A stretch of 64,000 nt of DNA, from the NCBI GenBank assembly GCA_964016885.1, contig OZ024741.1, forward strand, positions 220,906,001-220,970,000. The letters are read 5' to 3'. Source of the stretch: Eledone cirrhosa (lineage: Eukaryota). A program made the position numbers and the translations under genes. Position 1 is the stretch's first letter; each line of letters starts with the position of its first letter. The notes below the pieces were generated by a model. That model worked only from the letters and a program-made list of their open reading frames with translations, ran no database searches and had not been told where the DNA came from. This document shows, piece after piece, positions 11,490 to 26,149 of this stretch.

Positions 11490-12120
11490 TGAATAGAGAG
11501 ATCACTGCTCCGATACTATGGATATGTGGTTAGATTGTCTCAGGAAAGAATGTGTAGCTTGGAGAACAGAGAGTCACTCCAGGTAGAGCTGCTACTTCCC
11601 TGAATTGAGAGATCACTGCTCCGATACAATAGATATATGGTTGGAATGTCTCAGGAAAGAATGTGTAGTTTGGAGAACAGAGAGTCACTCCAGGTAGAGC
11701 TGCTACGTCCCTGAATTGAGAGATCACTGCTCTGATACTATAGATATATGGTTGGAATGTCTCAGGAAAGAATGTGTAGTTTGGAGAACAGAGAGTCACT
11801 CCAGGTAGAGCTGCTACGTCCCTGAATTGAGAGATCACTGCTCTGATACTATAGATATGTGGTTAGAATGTCTCAGGAAAAAATCACTGGAGAGATGTTA
11901 CGGACAAAACCAATCGGCAAGAGACCCAGGACTAAACCAAGGTGTAGCCCCAGGGGTAGACCCCGAGCAAGATGGTTGGATAAGATCCATGAGTTTGGCT
12001 GGTCTCGCTTGGGAATCCAGAGACGGTTTCTTCTGACAGGACCCACTTGAAGGAGCGTTTGAGTACTCTGCCCTCCAAGTCTCTCTCCGGAAGAGGAAAA
12101 AGAAGAAGAGTTTATTTCCA
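11490..12120 (+). mobile_element. RTE/Expander-like LINE 3' end containing a 111-bp tandem amplification (~3.4 copies)
   Basis: Plus frame VELLLP*IERSLLRYYGYVVRMSQE repeated, then KPIGKRPR...RGRPRARWLD, the typical RTE C-terminus; ends in a GAA-rich tail. Confidence 0.75.
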
Positions 12121-12451
12121 CCCACTCTGTACTTTAATACAGCAGTGTTTACTACAATGGGGGTTTTACTGTTATTTTTAGTATGTTGTATGACCACATA
12201 TAGGCTACTTCATTAACAGGTATCACCTTATCAACGTAACTATGCTAGAAAGCATGGCGTCCAACCCTCTACCGGTACTGCCAAATGATATATATATATA
12301 TATGTGTGTGTGTGTATGTATGTGTATATATGTTTATATATATATTTGTGTGTGTATGTGTGTGTGTGTGTATATATGTGTATATATGTGTATATATATA
12401 TACACACATATATACACATATTTCTAAATATATATATATATATATATATAT

Positions 12452-12821
<370 letters not shown>

Positions 12822-12847
12822 ATATATATGTATATATTTAGAAATAT

Positions 12848-12893
<46 letters not shown>

Positions 12894-12903
12894 ATATGTA
12901 TGT

Positions 12904-13165
12904 ATATAAATTACAGAATAATGAAAACTATGTTCAAAACATTTTATTGCTGACGATCGTTTCTTCCAAACATTCGTTTGGAATCATCGGTGATTCCAAA
13001 CGAAAGTTTGGAAGAAACGATTGTCAACAATAAAATGTTTTGAAAATAGTTTTGATTATTCTGTAATTTATATTCCGGCTCTGTAAAACATCTGATGTAT
13101 TTACATTGAGCTATTTTTCTTACTGGTAATAAGGTGGTAATGAATTACTGACCTTTCCTGTTTAT
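12904..13165 (+). mobile_element. fold-back cassette with minimal hammerhead (palindromic stem III)
   Basis: Palindrome 12904-13073 centred at ~12988; the minus arm reads CCGATGA-TTCCAAAC-GAAT-GTTTGGAA-GAAA-CGATCG-TC. Confidence 0.7.
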
Positions 13166-13199
13166 AATTATATATAGTGTATATATAAGTATAAATGAT

Positions 13200-13600
<401 letters not shown>

Positions 13601-13739
13601 CTTAGAGATAACATAGCGAAGAAGGTGAAGATAGAATTAAATAGCAATCATTTTAACGTTTGAAAGAGACGAACTCATGTTGAGGTGACGGCTGGTGCAG
13701 GAATAAAACATTTATTATTGATGTCAGAGAGAGTAACTG

Positions 13740-14375
13740 GGATGGAGAGAGAGGGGTGGTGAGGGAGAGAGGGTGGCCTGGAGAGGGAGAGAGGGTGGTC
13801 TGGAGAGTGAGAGAGTGAGAGAGAAACTGAGAGTGTGAGAGAGGGTGGCTTAGACGGAGAGAGTTGAAGAGAAACTGGAAGAGAGAGGGTGAGTTGGTGA
13901 GAGAGAAAGGGAGAGAGAGAAAGTTGGAGAGAAACTGGGAGAGTGAGTGAAAGAGAGTGAGAGAGGGAGAGAGTTAGAGAGAAACTGGGAGAGAGAGAGA
14001 GAGAGAGAGAGAAAGAAAGAGAGAGAGTGAGAGAGAAAGCGAGAGAGAGAGTGACAGAGAAAGAGAGAGAGAGAGTTGGAGAGAAACTGGGAGAGTGAGT
14101 GAGAGAGAGTGAGAGAGGGAAAGAGCTAGAGAGAAACTGGGAGAGAGAGAGGGAAAGAGTTAGAGAGAAAGCGAGAGAGAGAGTGACAGAGAAAGAGAGA
14201 GAGAGAGAGTTGGAGAGAAACTGAGAGAGAGAGGGGACTTGTAGAGAAAGAGTTGCTGAGAATCTGGGAGAGAGGGAGGGTGAGAGAGAGAGAGAGTGAG
14301 CGAGAGTTGGAGAGAAAGAAGGAGTGAAGGAGGTGGAGAGGGAGAAATGGGAGGGAAAGTAGGAGTTAAGAGAGA
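13740..14375. repeat. GA-rich degenerate minisatellite (GAGAGAAACTGG motif)
   Basis: Repeated GTTGGAGAGAAACTGGGAGAG motifs in a (GA)n background. Confidence 0.85.
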
Positions 14376-14522
14376 TTATCCAGTCTTAAACTTCCAATTG
14401 TTGATTTATGGAGGGGAGAAGAAAAAAACATGTCTGCTTCTTCCTGATTCAATCTACACTGAAATGGAAGACTAGGATTAATGTATAATAGTGCTACTAA
14501 TATTGATTAGGAACGCATGTGG

Positions 14523-14636
<114 letters not shown>

Positions 14637-14739
14637 CTTTATATATATATGCACATACATACATGTATATATAAAAACCCATATATATATATATATATAT
14701 GTGCATTTATATGCATATGTATATATATATATATACATA

Positions 14740-14804
<65 letters not shown>

Positions 14805-14818
14805 GTGTATTTATATGC

Positions 14819-14859
<41 letters not shown>

Positions 14860-14976
14860 TATGTGTATATATTTTATATATATATATATATACATGTATA
14901 AATATATATATATATATTTTTATATATATATATTTTTAAATATATATACATACACATACATATATTTATATTTATA

Positions 14977-15009
<33 letters not shown>

Positions 15010-15081
15010 GTTTGTATATATACACGTACATACATATATATGTATATTTATATAATATATATACACATATATATATATAAT

Positions 15082-15155
<74 letters not shown>

Positions 15156-15369
15156 CCATATATATTATGGTAGATAAAGCCTAAGGGCCATTGTGCTATA
15201 ATATGTAATATCATCTACCCTCTACTTTCCTTAAGTGTGGAGTATGAAGTTAAATAATGGTTTTATTTGTCTTAATTAGTAACATCTCAACTCTCTCTCT
15301 CTCTCTCACTCTCCCTCACTCTCCCTCTCACTCACTCTCTCTCTCTCTCTCTCACTCTCCCTCACTCTC

Positions 15370-15434
<65 letters not shown>

Positions 15435-15643
15435 ATGTATGTTTATGTTATGGGTGATTCGGTGAATTACTGGTGGTGGTGCCAAAATGAGCACTCAATG
15501 CGGGAGTCAGGTCAATAGGTGACTTTGAGTCAATAATCTGTGAAACGTACGTAACAGGTCGATAATCAATAAAGACATGTAAACGAAACTTCATCGGTCT
15601 TCTCATACTATGGCCTCAACCGGATGTTGGAAAAGGTAAAAGA

Positions 15644-15691
<48 letters not shown>

Positions 15692-15702
15692 ATATATATA
15701 TA

Positions 15703-15884
15703 TAATACAGAAATGGCTTTTACAGAACTAGAACTGTTTCATTCGAAGGAAATCATCAGGAAAGCCTAATTATTTCGTTCGAATGAAACAGTTCTAGTCC
15801 TGTAGAAGCCATTTCTATATTAAATATTTATACTCTGATTTGTATTGAGTACCTTACTTACTGTGGTTACCCCCGATTGAACCC

Positions 15885-15886
<2 letters not shown>
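15703..15886 (+). mobile_element. fold-back hammerhead cassette family A
   Basis: Inverted arms 15703-15746/15778-15822; the minus strand gives CTGATGA-TTTC-CTTC-GAAT-GAAA-C; tail TATTGAGTACCTTACTTAC...CCCCGATT shared with 21370-21532. Confidence 0.7.
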
Positions 15887-15959
<73 letters not shown>

Positions 15960-15962
15960 ACA

Positions 15963-16011
<49 letters not shown>

Positions 16012-16064
16012 ATTTATTATGACTAAATATTGAGTTTTGTTACACCTGTGCACTCGTACGATCA

Positions 16065-16110
16065 TTATGTCTGATGAACCTGTGCGTGCACAGGTGAAAC
16101 TCCAGCATAA
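16065..16110 (+). ncRNA. hammerhead-like motif (stem III damaged)
   Basis: TTATGT-CTGATGA-ACCTGTGC/GT/GCACAGGT-GAAAC...GCATAA; partial inverted copy (CACCTGTGCAC) just upstream. Confidence 0.6.
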
Positions 16111-16714
16111 CAAGACTAATTAATTAGCTAGAATAAATGAATATTTAAACTCTACTTCGGTATTGAGTACACTTTTCTCTCATTCGTCAACTACATACGT
16201 ATTTATATATATATATAAATATTCTAAAGATGCGAGACGGTTTTAAATGCACATCCTCTGTTTATTATATAACACACACACATACACACACATACACACA
16301 CATACATACACACACACACATAAATATATACATATACTAGCAGAAGTGCCCGGCGTTGCTCGGAGTTTAATTGCTTTAAAGTACTTTTAATGATTCCACT
16401 CAATTATGAATATTGAGACATTGAAAGTAAATACGGGTAAGTTTGAAAATATACAACAATAGCATCTACTCACCATATGTCAGACCGGCAAGACTGCAGT
16501 GGTACTGAATAGAGGAGTCACAACACCTCTATGTAGACCACATTTTTTGTTCTGCCTTTGGGCGCAAGTATGAATAAGTTCTGCTTGCATCCCACTCTTG
16601 AGCATGCGACGTATAATTGGCCGTTTGGGTGGCATGACCGTAGATTCAAAGAATGTGTTTGGTAGCGAAAATTTTCAAATGAACTTTGAATTAGTTTAAA
16701 GTGAGTACTATATT

Positions 16715-17782
16715 GGGCGATATCCAATTTTAGTGGACTAAATGCTGCTTACGTGCTGTAGTTGCTGCTTACTTCAATGTATGAGGCTATTCCAACAAAT
16801 TTACATTCCCTTTTTTTTAGCCGTTAAAAGAAATATAGATTTATTTATTGGGTTTTTTTTGCGATTTATTTGCCACTGGGGCATAGATTTCTTTATTTGC
16901 CACGTTTTTGTTTGTTTGTTTGTTTGATTTTTTGCGATTTATTTGCCACTAGAGCATTAGGCGGGGGAAGTTTTTACAAAAATCAAGTACAAACATTTAA
17001 CGAGTGATTAAAAAGGAATATAAAAAATTAAGTCCTCAATAGAGAGGCAGCCTTTTGGGGTCACACACACACCCGTAGAAAGTGTGCGACCTTTCTGCCA
17101 GGGAGCACAGAGAGAGGGGGGTGCTCCCTTCTTCTCTTACCTGTACAAGCCGATATAGAGAGATGGCCCACTTACACGGGCCATTATTGCTATTTTCACC
17201 CATCTTTCATGGAATTGGCTTTTGCCTTTCTCTCCACCTTGATCCTTTGCAACGAGGAAACTGTGGGGATATGTCGCCGGCAAACAAATGGTCCTCTTCT
17301 TCCGATACCACTTCGAAAGAAGGGTCAAGGTGGAGAGAAAGGCTCTCAGTCCCAGCCAATTCCATGAAAGATGGGTGAAAGTAGCAATAATGGCCCGTGT
17401 AAGTGGGCCATCTCTCTATATCGGCTTGTACAGGTAAGAGAAGAAGGGAGTACCCCCTCTCTCTGTGCTCCCTGGCAGAAAAGTCGCACACTTTCTACGG
17501 GGGTGTGTGTGACCCCAAAAGGCTGCCTCTCTATTGAGGACTTAATTTTTTATATTCCTTTTTAATCACTCGTTAAATGTTTGTACTTGATTTTTGTAAA
17601 AACTTCCCCCGCCTAATGCTCTAGTGGCAAATAAATCGCAAAAAAACAATAAATAAATCTATATTTCTTTTAACGGCTAAAAAAAAGGGAATGTAAATTT
17701 GTTGGAATAACCTCATACATTGAAGTAAGCAGCAACTACAGTACGTAAGCAGCATTTAGTCCACTAAACTTGGATATCGCCC
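16715..17782. repeat. ~1.07-kb palindrome containing Tx1 3' ends on both arms
   Basis: Arms reverse-complement each other around a ~65-bp spacer near 17246-17310; 17275-17635 is a Tx1 ORF2 end plus 3'UTR. Confidence 0.9.
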
Positions 17783-18353
17783 TATATTGTAGCAGGACCG
17801 AACACGTAAATATTTCTGCAGGTAATAGAGCATGAAAGGAGGAGTACCCAAAATTTTCAATTGAACGGTGAGTAAGTGGAAAGTGAGTACTAAGTAAGAT
17901 CTATGAAGAATGCACGTCAAATAATAGGTCAAACCTGTAAGCCAAGCCTGTCTGAGTTATAGCACAAAAGAGCACACTGGAAAATAAATCATCGAAATCG
18001 GACGTTCGTGAAAAAAGTTTTCTCATTAATTTTTTGTCTCATATTGAGAAAAACAAAGAAAGAAAATTACAAAAAGGACAACAATAAAATATAATGTCTT
18101 TTGTGAGAATCATGTAAATAAATGCTTAAGCGTCGTTATTGTTACGTTTGTTGTTTTATAAATTCATCTGTTGCTTTTGAATATTTGTTATTTGATGTAA
18201 AATGTAAGTGTGTAAAATGTAACGTTGAGAGAGCAGTATGTATTTAGTGTTATCGGCTTTTTAAATTTTGATATTTGATGTATGATGAACGAAGAGGGGG
18301 AATGATCTATTATAGAGAGAGAGAAGTTTTGTCGTTGTTCTAAACTGTAATGG

Positions 18354-18685
18354 AGACGGAGGCAGTAACCTTTTAAAGAGAGTTGCAGAGGAGATTGAGG
18401 GTAGTGAGAGGAATGAAGCGTGTAAGAGAGAGGGTTATCAAAGTTTGTGTCGCGTTCCTTCAGTGACGGAGGCAGTAACCTTTTAAAGGGAGTTGCGGAG
18501 GAGATTGAGGGTAGTGAGAGGAATGAAGCGTGTAAGAGAGAGGGTTATCAAAGTTTGTGTCGCGTTCCTTCAAAAGAAGTTTTGTCGTTGTTCTAAACTG
18601 TAATGGTGATAGGTTAGTAGACGGAGGCAGTAACCTTTTAAAGAGAGTTGCGGAGGATATTGAGGGTAGTGAGAGGAATGAAGCG
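18354..18685. repeat. ~110-bp tandem repeat (3 partial copies) inside the Helitron
   Basis: GACGGAGGCAGTAACCTTTTAAAAGAGAGTTGC...GAGAGGAATGAAGCGT recurs three times. Confidence 0.85.
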
Positions 18686-18844
18686 TAAATTTAGTTTTAT
18701 CGATTTTTTTTTCCTAGAAACAAAAATAATTACGCGTTGACCTGCCCTGGTAAATTTGGAGCACATTGAAAAAAAATCATCAAAATCGGTAGAGAAATGT
18801 GGAAATGCAAAAAAATCAAAAACACACACAGACAGACATCTACC

Positions 18845-18877
<33 letters not shown>

Positions 18878-19189
18878 GTAAACGGAATAGAAAATGCTGA
18901 CAAATTGTTCACAGTTGAAAAATGGTTTAATTAGGAATAAAAGAGTATTAGTGATTGTATGGGTTAGTATTCAGTTGTGGTTTTAAGTTTTTAAGATTTT
19001 ACCGGTTGCGCATTTCTAAATGCTTTTCAAAAATAATTTTGAGATAGAGTGTCCGTGTTGTTTGCTCTGATCTGATTAGTTTTGGGAATTCTACCTGTTT
19101 CTATGTTAAAAAAGTGGCTCCAGCGTTACTTTGGTGTTGCAAAAATTCTTGTGGTCAAAACAATTTTGATTGGTCGGTATATATATATA

Positions 19190-19495
<306 letters not shown>

Positions 19496-19927
19496 CCTCA
19501 TGTGCTTTTTCATAAATACACATGAAGGCGAACTAGCCAGTTTTAGAATTCCCTTTTTCGGATTATATTACTGTGAGAGCCCTGGTTTTCTGTTGAGCTC
19601 TGCTGATGATTGAAATTCCAACCGTGACCATCTCCACTGAAAGTTTTCATGAAATAGTCTTTTAAGACTATACAGAGCATTTGATGTTATTCCAAATTGA
19701 AGGATAAGTGTTTCAAACTTTATTTTATCATGAGTTAAAGGTCTATAGATTTTCCCTGGATTTTACTAAATTCTGTGGATGAATTTATATCCTGATTCTC
19801 TTTTGAGATGAGTTTGAGTTATTTTTCCTAAATCTTTCGTTAACTACTTTTCCCATCTTGACGTTATAGTCGCATATATGTTATAGAATGCCGTTAGCTT
19901 CTTGCTAAAACAATCTCTATACCTCTC

Positions 19928-20000
<73 letters not shown>

Positions 20001-20003
<3 letters not shown>

Positions 20004-21304
20004 GGTGGGGCATAATTCCTGTTACAAAGTTTTAAATCAATTTAGAAATACATTATGTTGCTAATATAACTAATATATTTGTATCAAATCCATGCACTAT
20101 AACCATATTAACTATTTTTCAGAAAATTACTCCATTAACTATTTGCAATGTCCATAGAATTGAAAAGAAAGTTCATTATAGAGAAGCATGAAAAAGGCCT
20201 GACTCCACCCAAGATATTTAAACTGAGGAAAATTCTTAAGATCAATAGAATGTTGATCAAAAGGACAATTAATCGATTTAAGGACACTTCCACACCCTAA
20301 GACAGACCTCAATCCGGACACCCTCGCACCTCAAGAACACCAAAACTTGTTAAAAGTGTGAGGGAAAAAATAAGGCGTAATCCAAGAAGGTCCATGAGAA
20401 AAATGGCAGAAGAAGCAGAAACATCGCCAAGAACTATACGGAGGATATGTCGAGATGATCTGGGGAAGTCACCCTATAAGTTCCAAAAGAGGCAGCTTCT
20501 TTCTGCAGCCACAATTGAAAATAGGCTCTCGGGAAGTAAACTGTTATTGGACCGTATCAAAGATGGCACGCTGCAAAACATGACCTTTACAGATGAGAAG
20601 TTATTCACTGTGCAGCAGTCTCACAATCATCAAAATGATCGAGTACTTGCAAAAAGTCTCAAATCAATTCCTTCAAGTGTAGGAAAAGGGTTCAGAACAG
20701 GGAAACCAGCATCAGTGATGGCTTGGGCAGCAATTTCTGAAAGAGGGAAGTCTCCTCTGATTTTTATGCCTCAAGGAGTTAAAATTAACAAAGAACTTTG
20801 CATAAAGGATATTTTGGAAGGAGCACTGATGCCATGGTGCATATCTGTTTATGGCGATGACATTTGGACTCTCCAACAAGATGGAGCGACGAGCCACACT
20901 GCTTGCGTAACACAACGGTGGTGTAGAGACCATTGTCCTGCATGGATCAGTAAGGAAGAGTGGCCTCCGACATCACCAGATCTCAACCCTCTCGATTTTT
21001 CCTTATGGTCAATTCTTGAGAGTGAAGCCTGCTCTACTCCTAGCCAAAATATTGAAACTCTAAAATCAAAACTGAATAAAGTATGGGAGAAAATACCCAT
21101 GGAAACAGTTCGTGCAGCCATCGAAGACTTTCCTACAAGTCTTCGAGCGGTAGTGAGAGCTAGAGGAAAGCATTTCGAATACATTTTTGGGCAGTTGTTT
21201 AATAGTATATTACTTACTATTTGTTGAAGTCAGATCTTGAAATAAATGTTTTTTTCAAGAACTATTTGCATTTTATTTTGTAACAGTTTTTATGCCCCAC
21301 CCTG
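20001..21304 (+). mobile_element. full-length Tc1/mariner maT (DD37D) DNA transposon
   Basis: TIRs CAGGGTGGGGCATAA...TTATGCCCCACCCTG, TA flanks; transposase FTDEK...QQDGA...SPDLNPLD with D-37-D spacing. Confidence 0.92.
20148..21227 (+). pseudogene. DD37D transposase with a single premature stop (TAA 20298-20300)
   Basis: ATG at 20148 is in frame with ORF 20358..21227; the natural stop after GKHFE appears lost. Confidence 0.8.
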
Positions 21305-21331
21305 TATATATACATATATATATATATACAC

Positions 21332-21369
<38 letters not shown>

Positions 21370-21528
21370 TAATATAGAAAAATTTATACAGGGCGCTTCC
21401 TGATGATTTCTCACGATTGAAACAGTTCTAGTCCCGTAGAAGCTTTCTATATTAAAACATTTATACTCTGCTATGTATTGAGTACCTTACTTACCGTGGT
21501 TACCCCCGATTCAACCCGGAATAACTTA

Positions 21529-21532
<4 letters not shown>
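21370..21532 (+). mobile_element. hammerhead cassette family A, second copy
   Basis: CTGATGA 21400-21406 ... GAAAC 21419; tail homologous to 15790-15886; short fold-back at the left end. Confidence 0.65.
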
Positions 21533-21613
<81 letters not shown>

Positions 21614-21621
<8 letters not shown>

Positions 21622-21743
21622 ACCCCGACGGCAGAGCTCTGCCGTCGGAGTCATACTTGTTCCTATTACCCACTCTACTACCCTAAGTATTGAGTACTTT
21701 GGTGCGTTATGGTCCCTCTGGTTCCTTACCACAATTCCTTCGT

Positions 21744-21745
<2 letters not shown>
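21614..21745 (+). mobile_element. fold-back cassette family B, second copy
   Basis: Hairpin TATGACCCCGACGGCAGAG/CTCTGCCGTCGGAGTCATA plus shared tail. Confidence 0.65.
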
Positions 21746-21783
<38 letters not shown>

Positions 21784-22067
21784 ATTTTTTTTACTGGTTT
21801 CATATTGGTCCCGGTGCTTGTAGATTTTAAAGTCTAGCGTTTATTTTCTCGATATACGCACAAGTATGGTTGTGTTGTGAAGAGGTGTGCTTTGTCAGTG
21901 TCTTCTACTATAGCCTCGAGAAGACCCATGTTGTCTCAGTGAAATTTAGCAAAGAGAATCTGTAGCGGGATAAAGCTTCCCTTGCAATTAGGGATCGATA
22001 TTGAATTAATGATTTTTCAGAACGCCCGAAGCTTGCAAGGCAAGAAGTAACATAATTGATTTAATCG

Positions 22068-22530
22068 TGTGTATGGCCTAGTGGTTAGGTTGCTTGATGT
22101 AGCATCCTAATGTCGTAGGTTAGATTTATGAACAGGTTGCTGCGTTGTTTTATTGAGCAAAACAATTTATTTCACGTTGTTTCAGTACACTCAGCTGAGA
22201 GTGAGTTTCAGCAGTAGCTGGGGAGTTAATCCTGCGATAGACTGGTGTCCTATCCAGGGAGAATCTGGTATTCTCAGTTACCTAACGCCAATGAAGCACT
22301 GGCAGTAGCTGGGGAGTTAATCCTGTAATAGACTCGTGTCCTGAGCAGGAATAGTCTGGTACTCTCAGTCACTTAACGCCAAGGAAACTGGGGATAAGCA
22401 CCGGCAGTAGCTGGGAAGTTAATCTTGAGATTGACTAGCATCCTATCCAGGCTAGTAGCCGTGTACTCTCAGTCACTTAACGCCAAGGAGACTGGGAATA
22501 AACACCGACCTGATGAGCCTTCTGTTTAGA
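22068..22530 (+). mobile_element. SINE family 2 with 3' segment tandemly triplicated
   Basis: TATGGCCTAGTGGTTAGG head; GCAGTAGCTGGGGAGTTAATCCTG...CTCAGTCACTTAACGCCAAGG unit x3. Confidence 0.65.
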
Positions 22531-22769
22531 ACAGACTTTAATGCAATACTGCTATTTTATCAACTCTTAGGAAAGTCGATTATAAGATCGGATTAAGAAA
22601 ACAATATTTCCCTGAGTCTGTCTATTACTGATATTATCAGTTGGTAGCAACTCCTGGCAAAATTGTCATCGCTGTCCTGATAGCAGACTGAGTGAGATTT
22701 GAACTCGGACAGTATTGAACCGACATAGATAACGCAAAGCTTTAACTATTCAGCCAAATCCATCACCCG

Positions 22770-23510
22770 TTAACTGGTACTTTATTTATCGACCCCGGAA
22801 GAATAAAAGGTAAAATTGATCACAGTGGGATTTAAACTTAGAAACTTAGAGAGTGGGGTGGAACAAATACCAAAGCATTTTATCTGAGCCTCTAAAGTGT
22901 GTCAGAGTTTAAGGGCCGAAACACTTGCTCAAGGGGAGTTTCTTCTCTGAAGTCCTTCTGCTGTCCAGCTCCCCTGGGAGTGTCTTACCAATGGTGGAAA
23001 GATAATTGTTGATATGATATTGACCGATACTGCTAATCCATCACCCCTGATCTGGGACTAAATAATGGTTTCTGATTTAGACACAAGGTCAACAATTTCC
23101 GGAGGAAAAGGGGCAAATCTATTAAATTGACCCCTGTACGTTATTAGTACATTATTTTATTGACCCCTGTAAGGATGAAAGATAAAACTAACCTCGGCGG
23201 GATTTCAACTCAGAACTTAAAGAGCCGTAACTACATGCCACAAAGCATGGCGTTCAATGCTCTACCGATTCTGCTAATCCACCGCCCTCGACCTGGGGCT
23301 AAATAATTGTTTCTACTTTAGGCACAAGGCCAGCAATTACCCAGTGCATTACTGGTACTTTATTTTATCGACCCCGTAAGGATGAAAGGCAAAGTCAACC
23401 TCGGCGGGATTTGAACTCAGATCGTAAAGGGACGTAACTATGCTGGAAAGCATGGCGTCCGACCCTCTACGGATTCTGCTAATCCACCGCCCTCGACCTG
23501 GGGCTAAATA
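22770..23510 (-). mobile_element. cluster of three SINE family 1 copies
   Basis: Reverse-complement cores CTGGTACTTTATTTTATCGACCCC and GATTTGAACTCAG; flank CTGGGGCTAAATAAT repeated after the copies. Confidence 0.8.
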
Positions 23511-23901
23511 ATAACAGCAAGAACTTCGCTGGAGCGTAAAATGCCGATAGTAAATAATTTCAAGAGGGATTACTTGAAAAGCGTGGAGTGAACTTTACCT
23601 TTTGTTTGCCATGCAGACAACATTAATGAGAGCTAAGGGGAAGTAAGATCTACTTGGTGAACATTTCAAAACAATTGAACATACTTCTTATAGATACTAG
23701 CACAGTAATCACACATAGACATGCATACACACATACATACACATACACATGCACATACACATCCACACACACACATACTCTCTCTCTCTCTCTCTCTCTC
23801 TCACATATATATATATATATATATAAATGTGTGTGTGTATGTGTGTATATATATATATATACACGCACACACACATATATAAATATACACATATACACGC
23901 G

Positions 23902-23966
<65 letters not shown>

Positions 23967-24028
23967 GTATATATATATACATATACACACAACACACACA
24001 CTGGCATACATATATGTTTTTATGCACA

Positions 24029-24069
<41 letters not shown>

Positions 24070-24185
24070 GTATGTGTATATATATGTATGAATATATAAG
24101 TATGTGTATATGTATGTATATATATAAGTATGTGTACATATATGTATGTATATATAAGTATATATATGTATATGTATTTATATAC

Positions 24186-24315
<130 letters not shown>

Positions 24316-24753
24316 GTATATATATATATATATATTCACACACAAAAACACACATGCACACGAACACTGACACACACAAACATTTTCATGAATCCCAATA
24401 GGAAGTCACAAGGTGATTGAGGGTTTGTTCCTCTATATCGAACTGTTTGCTGAACTGTAAATTATACAGTGACCAATATTGAACAGAGGAAACAATATTG
24501 ATTGACTAAACGAAAGGAGGAAAGATTAATTTGCTAGCCTTGATCATTGTTCGTTATTTGCCTAAATTCATGCAGAATATGAACAGGTTGCGGAACTTGT
24601 GTGAAAGCTTCAGGTTTATAATAGGTGTGGAAGAAGAAAGAAAGGAAATTATATTTCCTCTCGCTCTCACTCTCTCTTTCTCACTCTCACTCTCTCTCGC
24701 TCTCTCTTTATCTCTCTCTCTCTCTCTCTCTCTCACTCTCTCTCGCTCTCTCT

Positions 24754-24858
<105 letters not shown>

Positions 24859-25143
24859 TAGATAGATAGATAGATATAGATATATATCCCGGCGGCAGTC
24901 GGAAAATGTGAAGAGGTAGTTCAAAGGGAGATAAGAAGTAATCTGCTAAGATGTCGGCGTTGACTATGAATGTTGGAACTATGAGATTAGGAAGTAAGTT
25001 TGAATCGAGGAGAAATATGTATTGAAGTGGGAGAGAGGAGAGAGAAGAGAAAGAGAAGAGAGTGGAAATGATATATAAGAGAGAAATAGGGAGAAGAGAA
25101 TGATTGAGAGGAAAGAATAAATATATATATATATATATATATA

Positions 25144-25178
25144 CTAGCTGAGGAACCCAGCTTCGCCAAGGTTAACAA

Positions 25179-25234
<56 letters not shown>

Positions 25235-25268
25235 CTGTGTGAGTGTTCGTGTGTGTGCGTGTGCATTT

Positions 25269-25303
<35 letters not shown>

Positions 25304-26047
25304 CCACCGTTGGAATCGGAGACATAGGCAGTGAAACACGATCATCACTGACAACGAACGCGAGAGAGAATCCCTTATGGCTGATTCCCAACCTGCTAGA
25401 AATAGCAGTCAGGTTGATTAGCATACATGGTATGTCTTTCTTCTTCTTTGGTGTTATAAAATTAGTATTAATAAACTTTCCTGGATATACTCTTATCCCA
25501 ATCCTGTACATACTCTCCGATTGTCACTTTTCGTTTTTTTCGTGTGATACGCGAAGGAACCAACCAACAAACAACTCTCTTTTATATCTCTTTTATTTGT
25601 TCATTCAAAATATTTTTCAGCTAATTCTGTCATACAATATACATCAGCAATCGCTATCATTCGTTTGCAAGCAATCGGCCTCATTACGCTCTGCAAACGA
25701 ATCGAACATTTTTTCTTAGACCTCATAAGGTTTATTCAAATATTGAACATATATAAGCAAATATAAACAGTACACACTACATCAAGTAGAAGTACATTGA
25801 ATATTCAAGTGTCATTTGTTGTTATGGAAACGGAAAAGGTAGGGAAAGGTATGGGCTCCAGTGCCACAAGAGAATGAGGAGGGGAAGGGAAGGGTATGGG
25901 CTCCGGTCTAGGGCGCGGTGGAATTAAGGCTGCATCCAGTGGACAAGGCCACAAAAGCATTCTCGCGGACAATGGCCAGTGACACCTGCTGCAACAGTCA
26001 CCCCACCTTATACTTATCTAACCCGCTATGTGAAAGCGAGAAATCAA

Positions 26048-26055
<8 letters not shown>
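25144..26055 (-). mobile_element. possible non-autonomous Helitron
   Basis: Minus 3' end CCTTGGCGAAGCTGGGTTCCTCAGCTAG (hairpin + CTAG) in (TA)n; 5' boundary uncertain. Confidence 0.4.
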
Positions 26056-26087
<32 letters not shown>

Positions 26088-26149
26088 TGTAGGTAGTACG
26101 GTGAAAACTTGGTGTGGTACCCTATCAAGCACTCTACGCACAGACAGAG

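Larger units (their letters stand above)
16337..18855 (-). mobile_element. Helitron (non-autonomous, with helicase remnant)
   Basis: Minus 3' end CCGAGCAACGCCGGGCACTTCTGCTAG (hairpin + CTAG); PIF1-like helicase C-terminus GQLYVACSRVG...KGRTKNVVYIEVL at 16518-16660; 5' end TATATAAAACGGTAGATGTCTGTCTGTGTG in (TA)n. Confidence 0.75.

Noticed and set aside
22510-22535. CTGATGAG as a hammerhead
   Set aside because: No closing stem II/GAAA; part of a SINE tail.
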